Assembly: GCA_963815145.1 (NCBI GenBank)
Contig: CAWFFS010000027.1
Coordinates: forward strand, 448,751-512,750
Length of the DNA: 64,000 nucleotides
Source of the DNA: an uncultured delta proteobacterium
GTDB lineage: Bacteria > Desulfobacterota > DSM-4660 > Desulfatiglandales > HGW-15
Direction of reading: 5' to 3'
The translations under genes were made by a program, and so were the position numbers. Positions within the stretch are counted from its first letter, which is position 1. Every line of letters begins with the position of its first letter. The notes under the pieces were generated by a model that was not told the origin of the DNA, made no database searches, and saw only the letters and a program-made list of their open reading frames with translations. Shown one piece after another: positions 22,490-31,808 of this stretch.

Positions 22490-23788
22490 TTATGACATTA
22501 AATTTGGTATGAAAAGAACAATCTGAGGGAACATTACAAGAAAAGCCACCAATGCCAGATCAGCTATGAAAAAGGGAATAATTCCCCTGAAGATGGTGCT
22601 GATGGACACATCGGAAATGCCCTTTATGACAAAGACGTTCATACCTACAGGCGGAGTGATCAGCCCCATCTCTGTCACCATTACAACCAGTATCCCGAAC
22701 CATATTGGGTCAAACCCCAGATTGACGATCAGGGGATAAAATACGGGTATGGTTAAAAGCACAATGGCCATTGAGTCCATGATGCATCCCAGTGCCAGGG
22801 TGATGATCAGGATTACAGACAGGACAATATACCTGTTTAAAGAGAGATCCCCGACAAGGTTTGCGAGCTCAAAGGGAAGCTGGGAGATGGAAAGAAAATA
22901 GCCGAAGATCATTGCGCCCATCATGATAAGGAACAGCATCCCGGTTGTCCGCAGTGTGTTTACCAGGCTTTTGTTAAACACCTTCCATGATAGTCTTTTC
23001 CGCACCAGTGCAAAAAAGAAGGTCCCGAATGCACCTACTCCTGCGGCTTCAGTCGGGGTAAACATCCCGGCATAAATGCCGCCTATCACAACGATAAAAA
23101 GAAGCAGCACCTCCCAGGTCTGTTTGAGCGCCTTTGCCTTTTCCCTGAAAGTTGTCTTTGGCCCCTTAGGCCCTTTATCAGGATTTAAGGTGGTCAGCAG
23201 CCACACAGTCAGCATGTAAAAAAGCATTTCCAGCACACCGGGTATAAACCCTGCCAGGAAAAGCTTACCGATGGATTGTTCGGTTATTATGCCATAGATG
23301 ATCAGTATTACACTTGGCGGGATCAGGATACCCAAACAGCCGCCTGCAGCAACTGCCCCGGTGGCGAGGCTGTCATCGTAACTGTATTTCCGCATCTCGG
23401 GGAGCGCCACCGCTCCGAGCGTAGCCGCAGTAGCGAGGCTTGACCCGCTTATGGCCGCAAAACAGGCGCAGGCCGCAATAGTCGCCTGCGCGACCCCGCC
23501 CCTGAGATTCCCCAGCCATTTATAGACAGCGTTGAAAAGGTTTTCACTCATCCCTGCTGCAAATGCAAAGGACCCCATGAGGATAAACAGCGGTATAACA
23601 CTCAGATTATTGCTGGCAAAGGTAGTATAGGGGACAGTTCTCAGGAGCCCGAGGGCGGCATCCATATCTGCAAGGTATGCAAAACCCAAAAAACCAACCA
23701 GGGACATCCCCACACCAATGGAAAGTCCTGCAAACAACAGGAAGATGAGGACCACTATGCCGATAACGCCTACTGTGATTGGTTCCAT
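22490..23788 (-). CDS. dctM: TRAP transporter large permease subunit (DctM family)
   Basis: 432 aa and highly hydrophobic (about 12 TM). Overlaps the small-subunit gene. Confidence 0.9.
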   Translation of the reverse strand: MEPITVGVIGIVVLIFLLFAGLSIGVGMSLVGFLGFAYLADMDAALGLLRTVPYTTFASNNLSVIPLFILMGSFAFAAGMSENLFNAVYKWLGNLRGGVAQATIAACACFAAISGSSLATAATLGAVALPEMRKYSYDDSLATGAVAAGGCLGILIPPSVILIIYGIITEQSIGKLFLAGFIPGVLEMLFYMLTVWLLTTLNPDKGPKGPKTTFREKAKALKQTWEVLLLFIVVIGGIYAGMFTPTEAAGVGAFGTFFFALVRKRLSWKVFNKSLVNTLRTTGMLFLIMMGAMIFGYFLSISQLPFELANLVGDLSLNRYIVLSVILIITLALGCIMDSMAIVLLTIPVFYPLIVNLGFDPIWFGILVVMVTEMGLITPPVGMNVFVIKGISDVSISTIFRGIIPFFIADLALVAFLVMFPQIVLFIPNLMS

Positions 23789-24282
23789 TTAAATATTACA
23801 CGGATGATATATGTTAAAATTTCGGCCAGAAGCAGAAAGCACAGGACCACAAATGCCGCCGCCATTACCCCGATAAAGGGATATACAGGGATATACAGAA
23901 CCGCTGATGTAACTCCGGATTTATACTCTTCGGCAACATAAATAATTGCCTGCCATGCTATCAGGACAAAGAGGAATAATGAAAGGATGTTACCGATAAA
24001 TACGAAAAACGACCTTACCCCCGGGCTGAAATGTTCAAGCATAATATCAACCTGAACATGCCCGTTTTCACTTGCGCAGAATACGATACTGAAGGGCACT
24101 ATAAGGGCCATCATCAGTTCAACCAGCTCAAAACTTCCTGTAATGGGGCTGTTGAAGACATAACGAAGACAGACACCAATGGCAGTAAGAAGCATCATGG
24201 CCGTGAGGGTCCATATGCCTAGATGCTTGAGGATAAGCACAAGTAAACTATTTAATTTGTTTATAAAGTTGATGATCCGCAT
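23770..24282 (-). CDS. dctQ: TRAP transporter small permease subunit (DctQ family)
   Basis: 170 aa with 4 predicted TM helices, located between DctP and DctM. Confidence 0.8.
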   Translation of the reverse strand: MRIINFINKLNSLLVLILKHLGIWTLTAMMLLTAIGVCLRYVFNSPITGSFELVELMMALIVPFSIVFCASENGHVQVDIMLEHFSPGVRSFFVFIGNILSLFLFVLIAWQAIIYVAEEYKSGVTSAVLYIPVYPFIGVMAAAFVVLCFLLLAEILTYIIRVIFKWNQSQ

Positions 24283-24321
24283 TCGTTTTTAACCTTTTAG
24301 AGCTGAACGTTCATCTTTTTC

Positions 24322-25365
24322 TCACTCCTGTAAAAGCTTCAGCGTTGTATCCAGAATCTCCCTGGCATTTTTATACCCTTCTTTTTCCATTCTCTTCACC
24401 CATTCATTCCAGATGGGCTTTCCGCCTATTTCAAGCCATCTTTTTCTTTCGGCTTCAGGGAGGACATAGTAGTCTATTTTTTTGCCGCTTTCTTTCGCTA
24501 ATTCAGAAACACCTTCCCTGGCCTTGTCATAATTTTGCCCCCAGAATTTTGATCCTTCGAGTCCGCTGACACTCATGATGGCCTTTTTTACATCATCGGG
24601 GAGTGAATTCCATTTTCTCTTGTTGATCGCTATTGAAAAATATACGGCAGGAAACGGTGTCTGGGTATAATAATTTGCCACCTCGTAGAGCCTGTAAGTG
24701 TTGATTGCTTCCCAGCAGGTCCCCATCCCGTCAATAACTCCCTGTTTAAGGGCCAGATAGACATCGGGCATGGGAATTGACATGGGAACGCCTCCAAGGG
24801 CCTTCATCTGGTCTGTTGGAGGCCCTCCGGTCATTCTTATCTTCATGCCCTTCAGGTCTTCAAGGGTCCTGACCTGCTTTTGAGTTGTAATCAGGGAATA
24901 TGGCTCAGTGGTATAAAGGAGTAAAATGTGATTATCATCAAACTCTTTTCTTATTTCCGGGAATTTTTCATAGAGTTTCCAGAGTACTTCACTCCCCTTT
25001 TCCCCGGTCTTAAAGGGCAAAGCAGGCAGGCTTATGACATCTGCAAGAGGCGTCATCCCGGGCCAGTAACCGTGAAAACACCATCCCATGTCTGCAATAC
25101 CGGTCTTTATAGCGTTCCAGTTGTCCTTGCCCTTGGCCAGGGTCTGGTTGGGATAAATGTTTATCTTCAGTTCATTTCCTGTATTTTTTTTTACGGCATC
25201 CTCTAGCATCTTCACCCACGGCTGGAGGGCATGGACAGGCCCCCATCCGATCCGGGAATTCTGGTCTGAAAATCTGAGTGTTATTTTCTTCGCACCCGCA
25301 GGGAGCGAAAATAAAAAAGTCAGGCAAAACAATACGACAGAAGTGATAGCAAAATTCTTTTTCAT
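24322..25365 (-). CDS. dctP: TRAP transporter substrate-binding protein (DctP family)
   Basis: 347 aa with a signal peptide. First gene of the PQM operon, with DctP-like length and composition. Confidence 0.8.
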   Translation of the reverse strand: MKKNFAITSVVLFCLTFLFSLPAGAKKITLRFSDQNSRIGWGPVHALQPWVKMLEDAVKKNTGNELKINIYPNQTLAKGKDNWNAIKTGIADMGWCFHGYWPGMTPLADVISLPALPFKTGEKGSEVLWKLYEKFPEIRKEFDDNHILLLYTTEPYSLITTQKQVRTLEDLKGMKIRMTGGPPTDQMKALGGVPMSIPMPDVYLALKQGVIDGMGTCWEAINTYRLYEVANYYTQTPFPAVYFSIAINKRKWNSLPDDVKKAIMSVSGLEGSKFWGQNYDKAREGVSELAKESGKKIDYYVLPEAERKRWLEIGGKPIWNEWVKRMEKEGYKNAREILDTTLKLLQE

Positions 25366-25610
25366 ACCCTACCTCCTTTTTACTGCACATGCATTAACAT
25401 ATTCGGACAAAAATATAAAGAGGCTGATATAAATAGTGTCAATCCGGAAAAAGGCAAATTCCGGATGGGCACTAAATAGAAAACCATTGTCTTTAATCAG
25501 AGCCAGTCTATTTACTTTTTAAGATTAATCAGGTATTTATAGAGAATTCCATGCCAGTGACACAGTGATTCATGGAAATTGTTTTTTATTTCCTGCTAAG
25601 GGAGGCATTA

Positions 25611-26972
25611 ATGACTATAAAATCCATATCCCCGCTTGACGGGCGCTACAGCAAGAACCTTGAGCCCCTGACAGCATATTTTTCAGAATGGGGGTTAATA
25701 AAATACAGGATACATGTTGAAATCGAATGGCTGATCATGATGTCAGAGCGGCCTGAAATAACCCATGTAAGAGAACTGTCTAATTCCGAAAAAGCCTGTT
25801 TGAGAAGTATTGTTACAGACTTTGATGACCTTAAGGCCTTAGAGGTAAAGGAAATCGAAGACAGGACAAGACATGACGTAAAGGCGGTTGAATACTATAT
25901 TAAAAACGCGGTCAGGGGTACATCCGTCGAAGACCTTGGAGAATCCATCCATTTCTGCTGTACATCGGAGGACATAAACAACCTTTCCCATGCCCTTATG
26001 CTGAAGGAAGGTATAACCCGTGAATGGCTTCCATTGGCCTCCGACATGCTTAACAAACTTGGCGTGGTCGCGGAAGAGGCAAAGGACCTACCCATGCTTG
26101 CAAGGACCCATGGGCAGGCAGCCACTCCAACTACCACAGGAAAGGAGCTTGCTGTTTTTATCCACAGATGGAAAAGACAGCTCAGCCGGATCATGAAACA
26201 GGAATATCTCGGCAAGTTCAATGGCGCTGTGGGTTGCTACAATGCCCATTGTGCTGCCTATCCTGACGCCCCGTGGGAGGAGATATCAAAGGCATTCATC
26301 GAAAAGCTGGGATTGACATTCAATCCCCTTACAACCCAGATAGAATCCCATGACTACATGGCAGAGCTTTTTCATGCACTCATAAGGTTCAACAATATCC
26401 TCATGGATTTTGACAGGGATATGTGGGCATACATCTCTCTTGGATATTTCAAACAGAAAGTGGTGAGTACAGAGGTAGGTTCATCAGTTATGCCTCACAA
26501 GGTAAATCCTATAGATTTTGAAAATTCCGAGGCAAACCTGGGTATAAGCAATGCCCTCCTGGATCATCTTGCATCCAAGCTCCCCATATCCAGGCTTCAG
26601 AGAGACCTGACGGATTCATCCGCCATCCGCAATGTGGGTAATGCAGTGGGACATTCCTATCTGGCAATAAAATCTGCCATAAGGGGTATAAGCCGCGTAT
26701 CTGTTGACAGGGAAATTATAAGAAGGGATCTTGAAAATGCCTGGGAGGTCCTGGCTGAACCAGTACAGACTGTAATGAGAAAGGCCGGGATTGAAAATCC
26801 CTATGAAAAAATGAAAGAACTTTCCAGAGGGAAAAAAATTTCACAGGGTGATCTCCAACGATTTATCAACAGCCTTGAACTGGCTGAGGAAGATAAGGCC
26901 AGGCTTCTTGCACTCACGCCAGTGGATTATGTAGGGAATGCATGTGCGCTGCTGAAACATATAAAAAGTTAA
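25611..26972 (+). CDS. purB: Adenylosuccinate lyase
   Basis: N-terminal SPLDGRY motif, the fumarate-lyase signature SSVMPHKVNP, and E. coli-type length. ATG at 25611 has a GGGAGG RBS. Confidence 0.9.
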   Translation: MTIKSISPLDGRYSKNLEPLTAYFSEWGLIKYRIHVEIEWLIMMSERPEITHVRELSNSEKACLRSIVTDFDDLKALEVKEIEDRTRHDVKAVEYYIKNAVRGTSVEDLGESIHFCCTSEDINNLSHALMLKEGITREWLPLASDMLNKLGVVAEEAKDLPMLARTHGQAATPTTTGKELAVFIHRWKRQLSRIMKQEYLGKFNGAVGCYNAHCAAYPDAPWEEISKAFIEKLGLTFNPLTTQIESHDYMAELFHALIRFNNILMDFDRDMWAYISLGYFKQKVVSTEVGSSVMPHKVNPIDFENSEANLGISNALLDHLASKLPISRLQRDLTDSSAIRNVGNAVGHSYLAIKSAIRGISRVSVDREIIRRDLENAWEVLAEPVQTVMRKAGIENPYEKMKELSRGKKISQGDLQRFINSLELAEEDKARLLALTPVDYVGNACALLKHIKS

Positions 26973-26982
26973 AGAGAATAAA

Positions 26983-27474
26983 ATGGATAAAGAAAAAATA
27001 TTAAAAGACAAGAAAATCCTTATCGTGGATGATGAGAAGGATATACTCGACACGCTTAATGACATGCTGTCCATGTGCCGCATTAAAAAGGCATCCAGCT
27101 TTAAGGACGCAGTAGAACTCATTGAAACGGATTATTTTGATATTGCCATTCTTGACATCATGGGAGTTGACGGATTTAAGCTCCTCGAAAAGGCAGTGGA
27201 AAGAAAAATCCCCGCTGCCATGCTCACCGCCAACGCCCTGAGCCCCGAAAACACTGTTAAATCATTCAGGAAAGGGGCAGTTTACTATATCCCCAAGGAA
27301 AAAATGCCTGAAATCAAGTCCTGCCTGATCGATATATTTGGATCCATTGAAAAGGTAAAGTCATTCTGGGAAAGGTGGCTTGACAGATTTGCAGGTTATT
27401 ATGATGAAAAATTCGGAAAGAACTGGAAGGACGATGATAAAGACTTCTGGGACAATTTCCCCAATTATATCTAG
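26983..27474 (+). CDS. Stand-alone response-regulator receiver protein
   Basis: KILIVDDEKDILDTL, a phospho-acceptor context ILDIMG, and a conserved downstream Lys (YYIPKE). No output domain. Confidence 0.8.
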   Translation: MDKEKILKDKKILIVDDEKDILDTLNDMLSMCRIKKASSFKDAVELIETDYFDIAILDIMGVDGFKLLEKAVERKIPAAMLTANALSPENTVKSFRKGAVYYIPKEKMPEIKSCLIDIFGSIEKVKSFWERWLDRFAGYYDEKFGKNWKDDDKDFWDNFPNYI

Positions 27475-27485
27475 AAAGAAGACAG

Positions 27486-28787
27486 ATGACAGATTTTGTA
27501 TTCACGCTTCCAAAGGACGAAGCGGCTTTAAGAGAAAGACTGGCACCACGCAAAAAACTCCTCGACAGTTCCCTCATAGCTGATATTACAGCACTCTTCA
27601 ATAATGTTGCCGAATCAGGAGACAACGCAGTCAAAGAGGCAACGGAAAGGTTTGACAGGATCAAAATCGATGAAGTCAGGGTATCGAACACGTATATTTC
27701 ACAGTGTATGAATAACCTTTCACCCCTGCTCAAAAAGGCTGTTGAGAAGGCCATAAATAACATCAGGGAAGTAAATGAGGCATTGATGCCTCCGGCAGAC
27801 TGGAGAAAGGAGATACGCCCCGGAACTGTAATAGGTGAAAAAATCAGTCCCCTTGATTCGGTCGGGCTCTATATCCCGGCAAGGAAAGGGCCTCTCATAT
27901 CCACAGCACTCATGCTGGTAACGGCTGCAAAGGTGGCAGGTGTAGAAAATATAGTTGTCGGCATGCCCCCGCAGGAAAACGGTTTGGCAAATCCTTCCAC
28001 AGTAGCGGCAGCCCATATTGCAGGCGCTGACAGCATTGTTATGGGAAACGGTGTGGCAATATTGGCAGGCATGACTGTAGGAACGGAATCCATCCCCGAA
28101 GTTTCCGGTATGTTCGGGCCTGGACCTGCCGGGATTGCCGCGGCAATGAGTGTCGCCTTTTCATACGGGAAAAAGACAGTTGTGGGAATCGGCCCCACTG
28201 ACTGTGCTGTTATTGCGGATGACAGTGCGGACCCGGATTGGATCGCACGCAATCTGATGTGCGAGGCGGAGCATGGGCCTGACTCTTCGGTCCTTCTGGC
28301 GACAACATCCGAAGCATTAGCAAAAAAGGTTGCAGAGGCGCTTATCAAGCGGATTCCCCGAATAGATGAAAAAAGAAGAACGATCCTTTCAAAGGTATTC
28401 GGTAGAGAGGGCATGGGTGCTGTTGCGATTCTTTCGGATATTAAAGAAGCAGTGAGAATAATCGATGAATTCGCACCTGAGCATCTCATGGTTGCATGCA
28501 GGGAAGATATGCAGGAAGAAATCCTGTCCATGATACGCAATTCAGGCGAAATACTTTTAGGTCACAATACCCCCTTTTCCGCAGCGAATTATGCCATAGG
28601 GATTACGGCGGTATTACCCACAAACGGCTTTGCGAGCGCCTTCAGCGGGATCACCTGTAAGGACATGATCAAGACATCAACCATAGGATCATTATCCGAA
28701 GAAGCCCTTAAGGAACTTAAAGATACAATCCGAGCGCTTGGCGAACAGGAAGGACTTCCCTGCCACATTGGAGCGGCAGAAAAGTAA
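27486..28787 (+). CDS. hisD: Histidinol dehydrogenase family protein (divergent)
   Basis: 433 aa. EAEHGPDS (compare QAEHD), GPGP/GPGN-like loop, and LPTNG..A..SG near the C-terminus. Confidence 0.7.
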   Translation: MTDFVFTLPKDEAALRERLAPRKKLLDSSLIADITALFNNVAESGDNAVKEATERFDRIKIDEVRVSNTYISQCMNNLSPLLKKAVEKAINNIREVNEALMPPADWRKEIRPGTVIGEKISPLDSVGLYIPARKGPLISTALMLVTAAKVAGVENIVVGMPPQENGLANPSTVAAAHIAGADSIVMGNGVAILAGMTVGTESIPEVSGMFGPGPAGIAAAMSVAFSYGKKTVVGIGPTDCAVIADDSADPDWIARNLMCEAEHGPDSSVLLATTSEALAKKVAEALIKRIPRIDEKRRTILSKVFGREGMGAVAILSDIKEAVRIIDEFAPEHLMVACREDMQEEILSMIRNSGEILLGHNTPFSAANYAIGITAVLPTNGFASAFSGITCKDMIKTSTIGSLSEEALKELKDTIRALGEQEGLPCHIGAAEK

Positions 28788-28855
28788 ACTTCAATGTCAA
28801 AACAATGAGGAGATAGGAAGTTTCGCTTTTTATAGAGAAGCAGGGTAAACACTGG

Positions 28856-29317
28856 ATGAAAGAAGACAAAATTCCCCCATGCATGATATACATTGATAAG
28901 GAAGGCAAATGGTTTCATAAAGGAATCGAGATGATACACAGGGGTATTGTCAATGAATTCTACAGGAATCTGACAACGGATTCCAGTGGCGGATACCTGA
29001 TAGTAATGGGCAACGAAAAATGCCTCGTTGAGGTGGAGGACACACCGTTCATAATTACAAGGGTGGAATTCGATGGTACCAAAGGGGATGAGGGGGAAGG
29101 GGTAGTCCTGTGTTTAATTGATGATACTACAGAATCCCTTGAACCTGACACCCTCAGTGTGGGGGACGAAAACGTCCTCTACTGCCGAATAAAAAACAAC
29201 ACTTTTAAGGCCCGGTTCAGCAGGGCCGCCTATTATCAACTTGCTTCACACATAAAAGAAGAGGGAGATAAATTTTATCTCCCTCTTAAAAACAAAAAAT
29301 ACTTTATAGCAATCTGA
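28856..29317 (+). CDS. DUF1285-like protein
   Basis: The pattern IDKEGKWFHKG..I.H..IV..F...L, VEVEDTPF and ARFSRAAYYQL matches my recollection of the DUF1285 consensus. Confidence 0.5.
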   Translation: MKEDKIPPCMIYIDKEGKWFHKGIEMIHRGIVNEFYRNLTTDSSGGYLIVMGNEKCLVEVEDTPFIITRVEFDGTKGDEGEGVVLCLIDDTTESLEPDTLSVGDENVLYCRIKNNTFKARFSRAAYYQLASHIKEEGDKFYLPLKNKKYFIAI

Positions 29318-29325
29318 ACATCTGT

Positions 29326-31254
29326 TTATTTTATCCTATCGAAATAACTCGTATCTATATCCGATTTAGCCTTCATTTTATTGAGCCAGTCATTGAAAAC
29401 CTCCTGCCGTTTTGTCCTTAACAGGGATTCCGCATACCTATCCTTTTCTTCTTTATACTTGGTAATATCTATATCCTGTTTTGCTTCCCATTTGATAACA
29501 TATGCACCCTCATCATTTTTAAACACCTTATCGGGAAATGGTTTATCTGCGGTCAGTCTGAAGGCCGCGTCCTGAATACCGGGGACTATGCCGATTTTTC
29601 CCGGGGTACCGTTCCTGGTAAAGAAACCGGTTGACTCGATCGTCCTGTTTTTCTCCTTGGCGAGCCCTTCCCAGTCGCCTTTTTTCCTGAGTTCCTCCAG
29701 ATATTTTTCAGCTGCTGTACCGGCATCCTTTAGCGCCTTATCTTCAATATAGTCTGACTCAACCTTTGTATACACTTCATCAAGTTTGGGCAGGTATGAA
29801 TTCTTTTTATCAATCAACTGCATGATATAGTATTCATCATTTTGCTCAATCAGATCCGTTGTCTCTCCCTTTTCAAGACTGAAAAGCGTTTCAATCAGTT
29901 TGCTGTTACCGCTGACCAGTGGAGCCGGCTCCGATCTTGAGAATAATTCGGTGCTGTCGTAGGGCACATCATGATCGGTAGCAAATTGTTTGAGATTAAC
30001 ATCATAGGGCAACTGATCGATGAGCGACAGTCCCTTTTCATTTGCCATATCCATGGCACGGTTATGTCTCATGATGCCGTCTATCTGTGCCCTGACTTCA
30101 TCGAATTGTTTTACCTTTTTTTCCTTTATATCATCGACCTTGATAATGTGATAGCCATAGGATGTCTTTACCAGACCGCTTATTTCGCCTTTTTTGAGAC
30201 TGAAGGCCGCATCTTCGAATGGCTTTATCATCCTGCCTCTTTTAAAATATCCGAGATCACCGCCGTTTTCTTTTGACGGATCGTCCGAATATTCCTTTGC
30301 CAGCTTGGCAAAGTCTTCACCCTTTTTGGCCATTTCAAGCACTGATTCCGCTTTTTTCTTTATTTTTTCCTGTTCTTCAGGTGTGGCATTCGGCGGAACT
30401 CTAAACAGTATATGACTTGCCTTTACCTCTTTTTCCTGAGTGAACATGTCGATGTTGTCTTCATAATATTCTTTAAGGTCGTCCTCACTCAGTTTGACCT
30501 TATCATTGAAGCTCTCCGGGCTGATTTTTATGTAGGCGATCTTTATCTTCTCGGGAACCCTGTAATTTTCCTTCCTTTCTTCGAAGAAGACCTTTATAGC
30601 TTCCTTGTCTTTTTTTACAGAGGCCTTGAATTCATCAGGTGAAAATTTGATAAAATCCAGATTTATCTTTTCATTTACATATTTGTAATTATCGAGTATC
30701 TCCTGATCGGTCAGCACCAGGAAGGTCGAGAGAAATTGAATCAGCTTCTGTCGCAGAAGATCCTGTGAATAACTTTTTTCAAATTCCGCGGGGGTTGAAT
30801 GGTTGTTTGCGAGTACATAGCGGTATCTGCTTTCATCAAATCTTCCGTCAGTCAGAAAAGCGGGGATTTCAAGGATTTTTTCGCGAACCTCTTTTTTTGT
30901 AACAGTGAGACCTATTTTCCCGGCTTCCTGGGCGATCAGTTTCTGTTCAATCAATCCTTCAAGTGCCCTGTTTTTTAAATCAAAGACCTTTATCAGATTA
31001 TCGTTCCATACACTCTTGTACTCATTCTGGAGATTAGTGAGCATAGTCCTGTAGGCATTATCATATTCCACCCGGCCTATTGATTCACCGTTTACCTCTG
31101 CTACCTTTACACCTTCATCCGAATTGAAGGAATATCCGAAGTAAAAGATAAAAACCAGAGCAATCATAAATATCAGGAATTTAATCATCCATGACTGGGC
31201 GTGTTTTCGCATCAAACTGAGCATATTTTTAAAGTCCTCCAATAGAATCTTCAT
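29326..31254 (-). CDS. ppiD: Periplasmic chaperone / peptidyl-prolyl isomerase PpiD
   Basis: 642 aa with an N-terminal TM anchor, a SurA-like N domain and a parvulin domain (ASHILF...GGDLGYF...YGYHIIKV). Confidence 0.8.
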   Translation of the reverse strand: MKILLEDFKNMLSLMRKHAQSWMIKFLIFMIALVFIFYFGYSFNSDEGVKVAEVNGESIGRVEYDNAYRTMLTNLQNEYKSVWNDNLIKVFDLKNRALEGLIEQKLIAQEAGKIGLTVTKKEVREKILEIPAFLTDGRFDESRYRYVLANNHSTPAEFEKSYSQDLLRQKLIQFLSTFLVLTDQEILDNYKYVNEKINLDFIKFSPDEFKASVKKDKEAIKVFFEERKENYRVPEKIKIAYIKISPESFNDKVKLSEDDLKEYYEDNIDMFTQEKEVKASHILFRVPPNATPEEQEKIKKKAESVLEMAKKGEDFAKLAKEYSDDPSKENGGDLGYFKRGRMIKPFEDAAFSLKKGEISGLVKTSYGYHIIKVDDIKEKKVKQFDEVRAQIDGIMRHNRAMDMANEKGLSLIDQLPYDVNLKQFATDHDVPYDSTELFSRSEPAPLVSGNSKLIETLFSLEKGETTDLIEQNDEYYIMQLIDKKNSYLPKLDEVYTKVESDYIEDKALKDAGTAAEKYLEELRKKGDWEGLAKEKNRTIESTGFFTRNGTPGKIGIVPGIQDAAFRLTADKPFPDKVFKNDEGAYVIKWEAKQDIDITKYKEEKDRYAESLLRTKRQEVFNDWLNKMKAKSDIDTSYFDRIK

Positions 31255-31484
31255 ACAAAAAGTGATTTTATTAACATTATCTATGGGTTCTGTCCATAAT
31301 ATTCTGGGCGCAATCTTGAAAAGGTATAAAGTAAATCAATAAACCAAAAATTACTTGACATTTCGGCATGCTCAACTCAAAATGCACCTATAAAATTCAT
31401 GGCAGAAGCCATGCCAAATTTAAATTATATTTAGTATAAAGCTTGAATTATCGCTGTAAACCGGCGATTTAAATTATTGAAAAA

Positions 31485-31545
31485 GGCCACGAAGGTCATT
31501 GTCCTCGAAACAGGGACGTGATGTCGTGGCCTTTTTTTTATTTTT
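31485..31545 (+). terminator. Terminator-like hairpin element, GCCACGAAGG family copy 1, inside the divergent ppiD / TonB-receptor intergenic region
   Basis: AAAAAGGCCACGAAGGUC...GUCGUGGCC followed by U8. Confidence 0.55.
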
Positions 31546-31611
31546 AAAAGCCCAAAAATTACACAATATGGATGATTGTTATTAAAAAATTGACTGATAA
31601 ATAAAAATGTT

Positions 31612-31760
31612 GGAGGACGGCGTGCACCGGCCAGGGTTTCCACCGTCCTCCGTGTGAAGTGCTCCTGGGAAAGGAATACTTCAAAGTGATTGATACCACT
31701 GCTTTCCTTTCCCGTCAAGGTGCCTCTCATTACTATTGTGAGAGGCACCGCGAGCACCTT
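31612..31760 (+). promoter_or_regulatory. Structured 5' leader (hairpin plus predicted three-way junction) upstream of the TonB-dependent receptor operon
   Basis: P0 is GGAGGACGG / CCGUCCUCC. P1 is AAGUGCUC / GAGCA(C)CUU and encloses P2 (GGGAAAGGAA / UUUCCUUUCCC) and P3 (GGUGCCUCUCA / UGAGAGGCACC). Confidence 0.4.
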
Positions 31761-31808
31761 ATGAGGTTTTAACAATAGGGTTGAAGATAAAAGGGAGAAA
31801 TTTATTCG

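Noticed and set aside
31612-31760. Cobalamin riboswitch upstream of the TonB receptor / BtuCDF-like operon
   Set aside because: The gene context fits, and there are GGGAA and CCACUG strings. I cannot find the B12 box (AGYCMGGAGACCKGCC-like) or the GGUGxxAAxUCC core, and the helices do not map onto the cobalamin fold. It is kept only as an unclassified structured leader.
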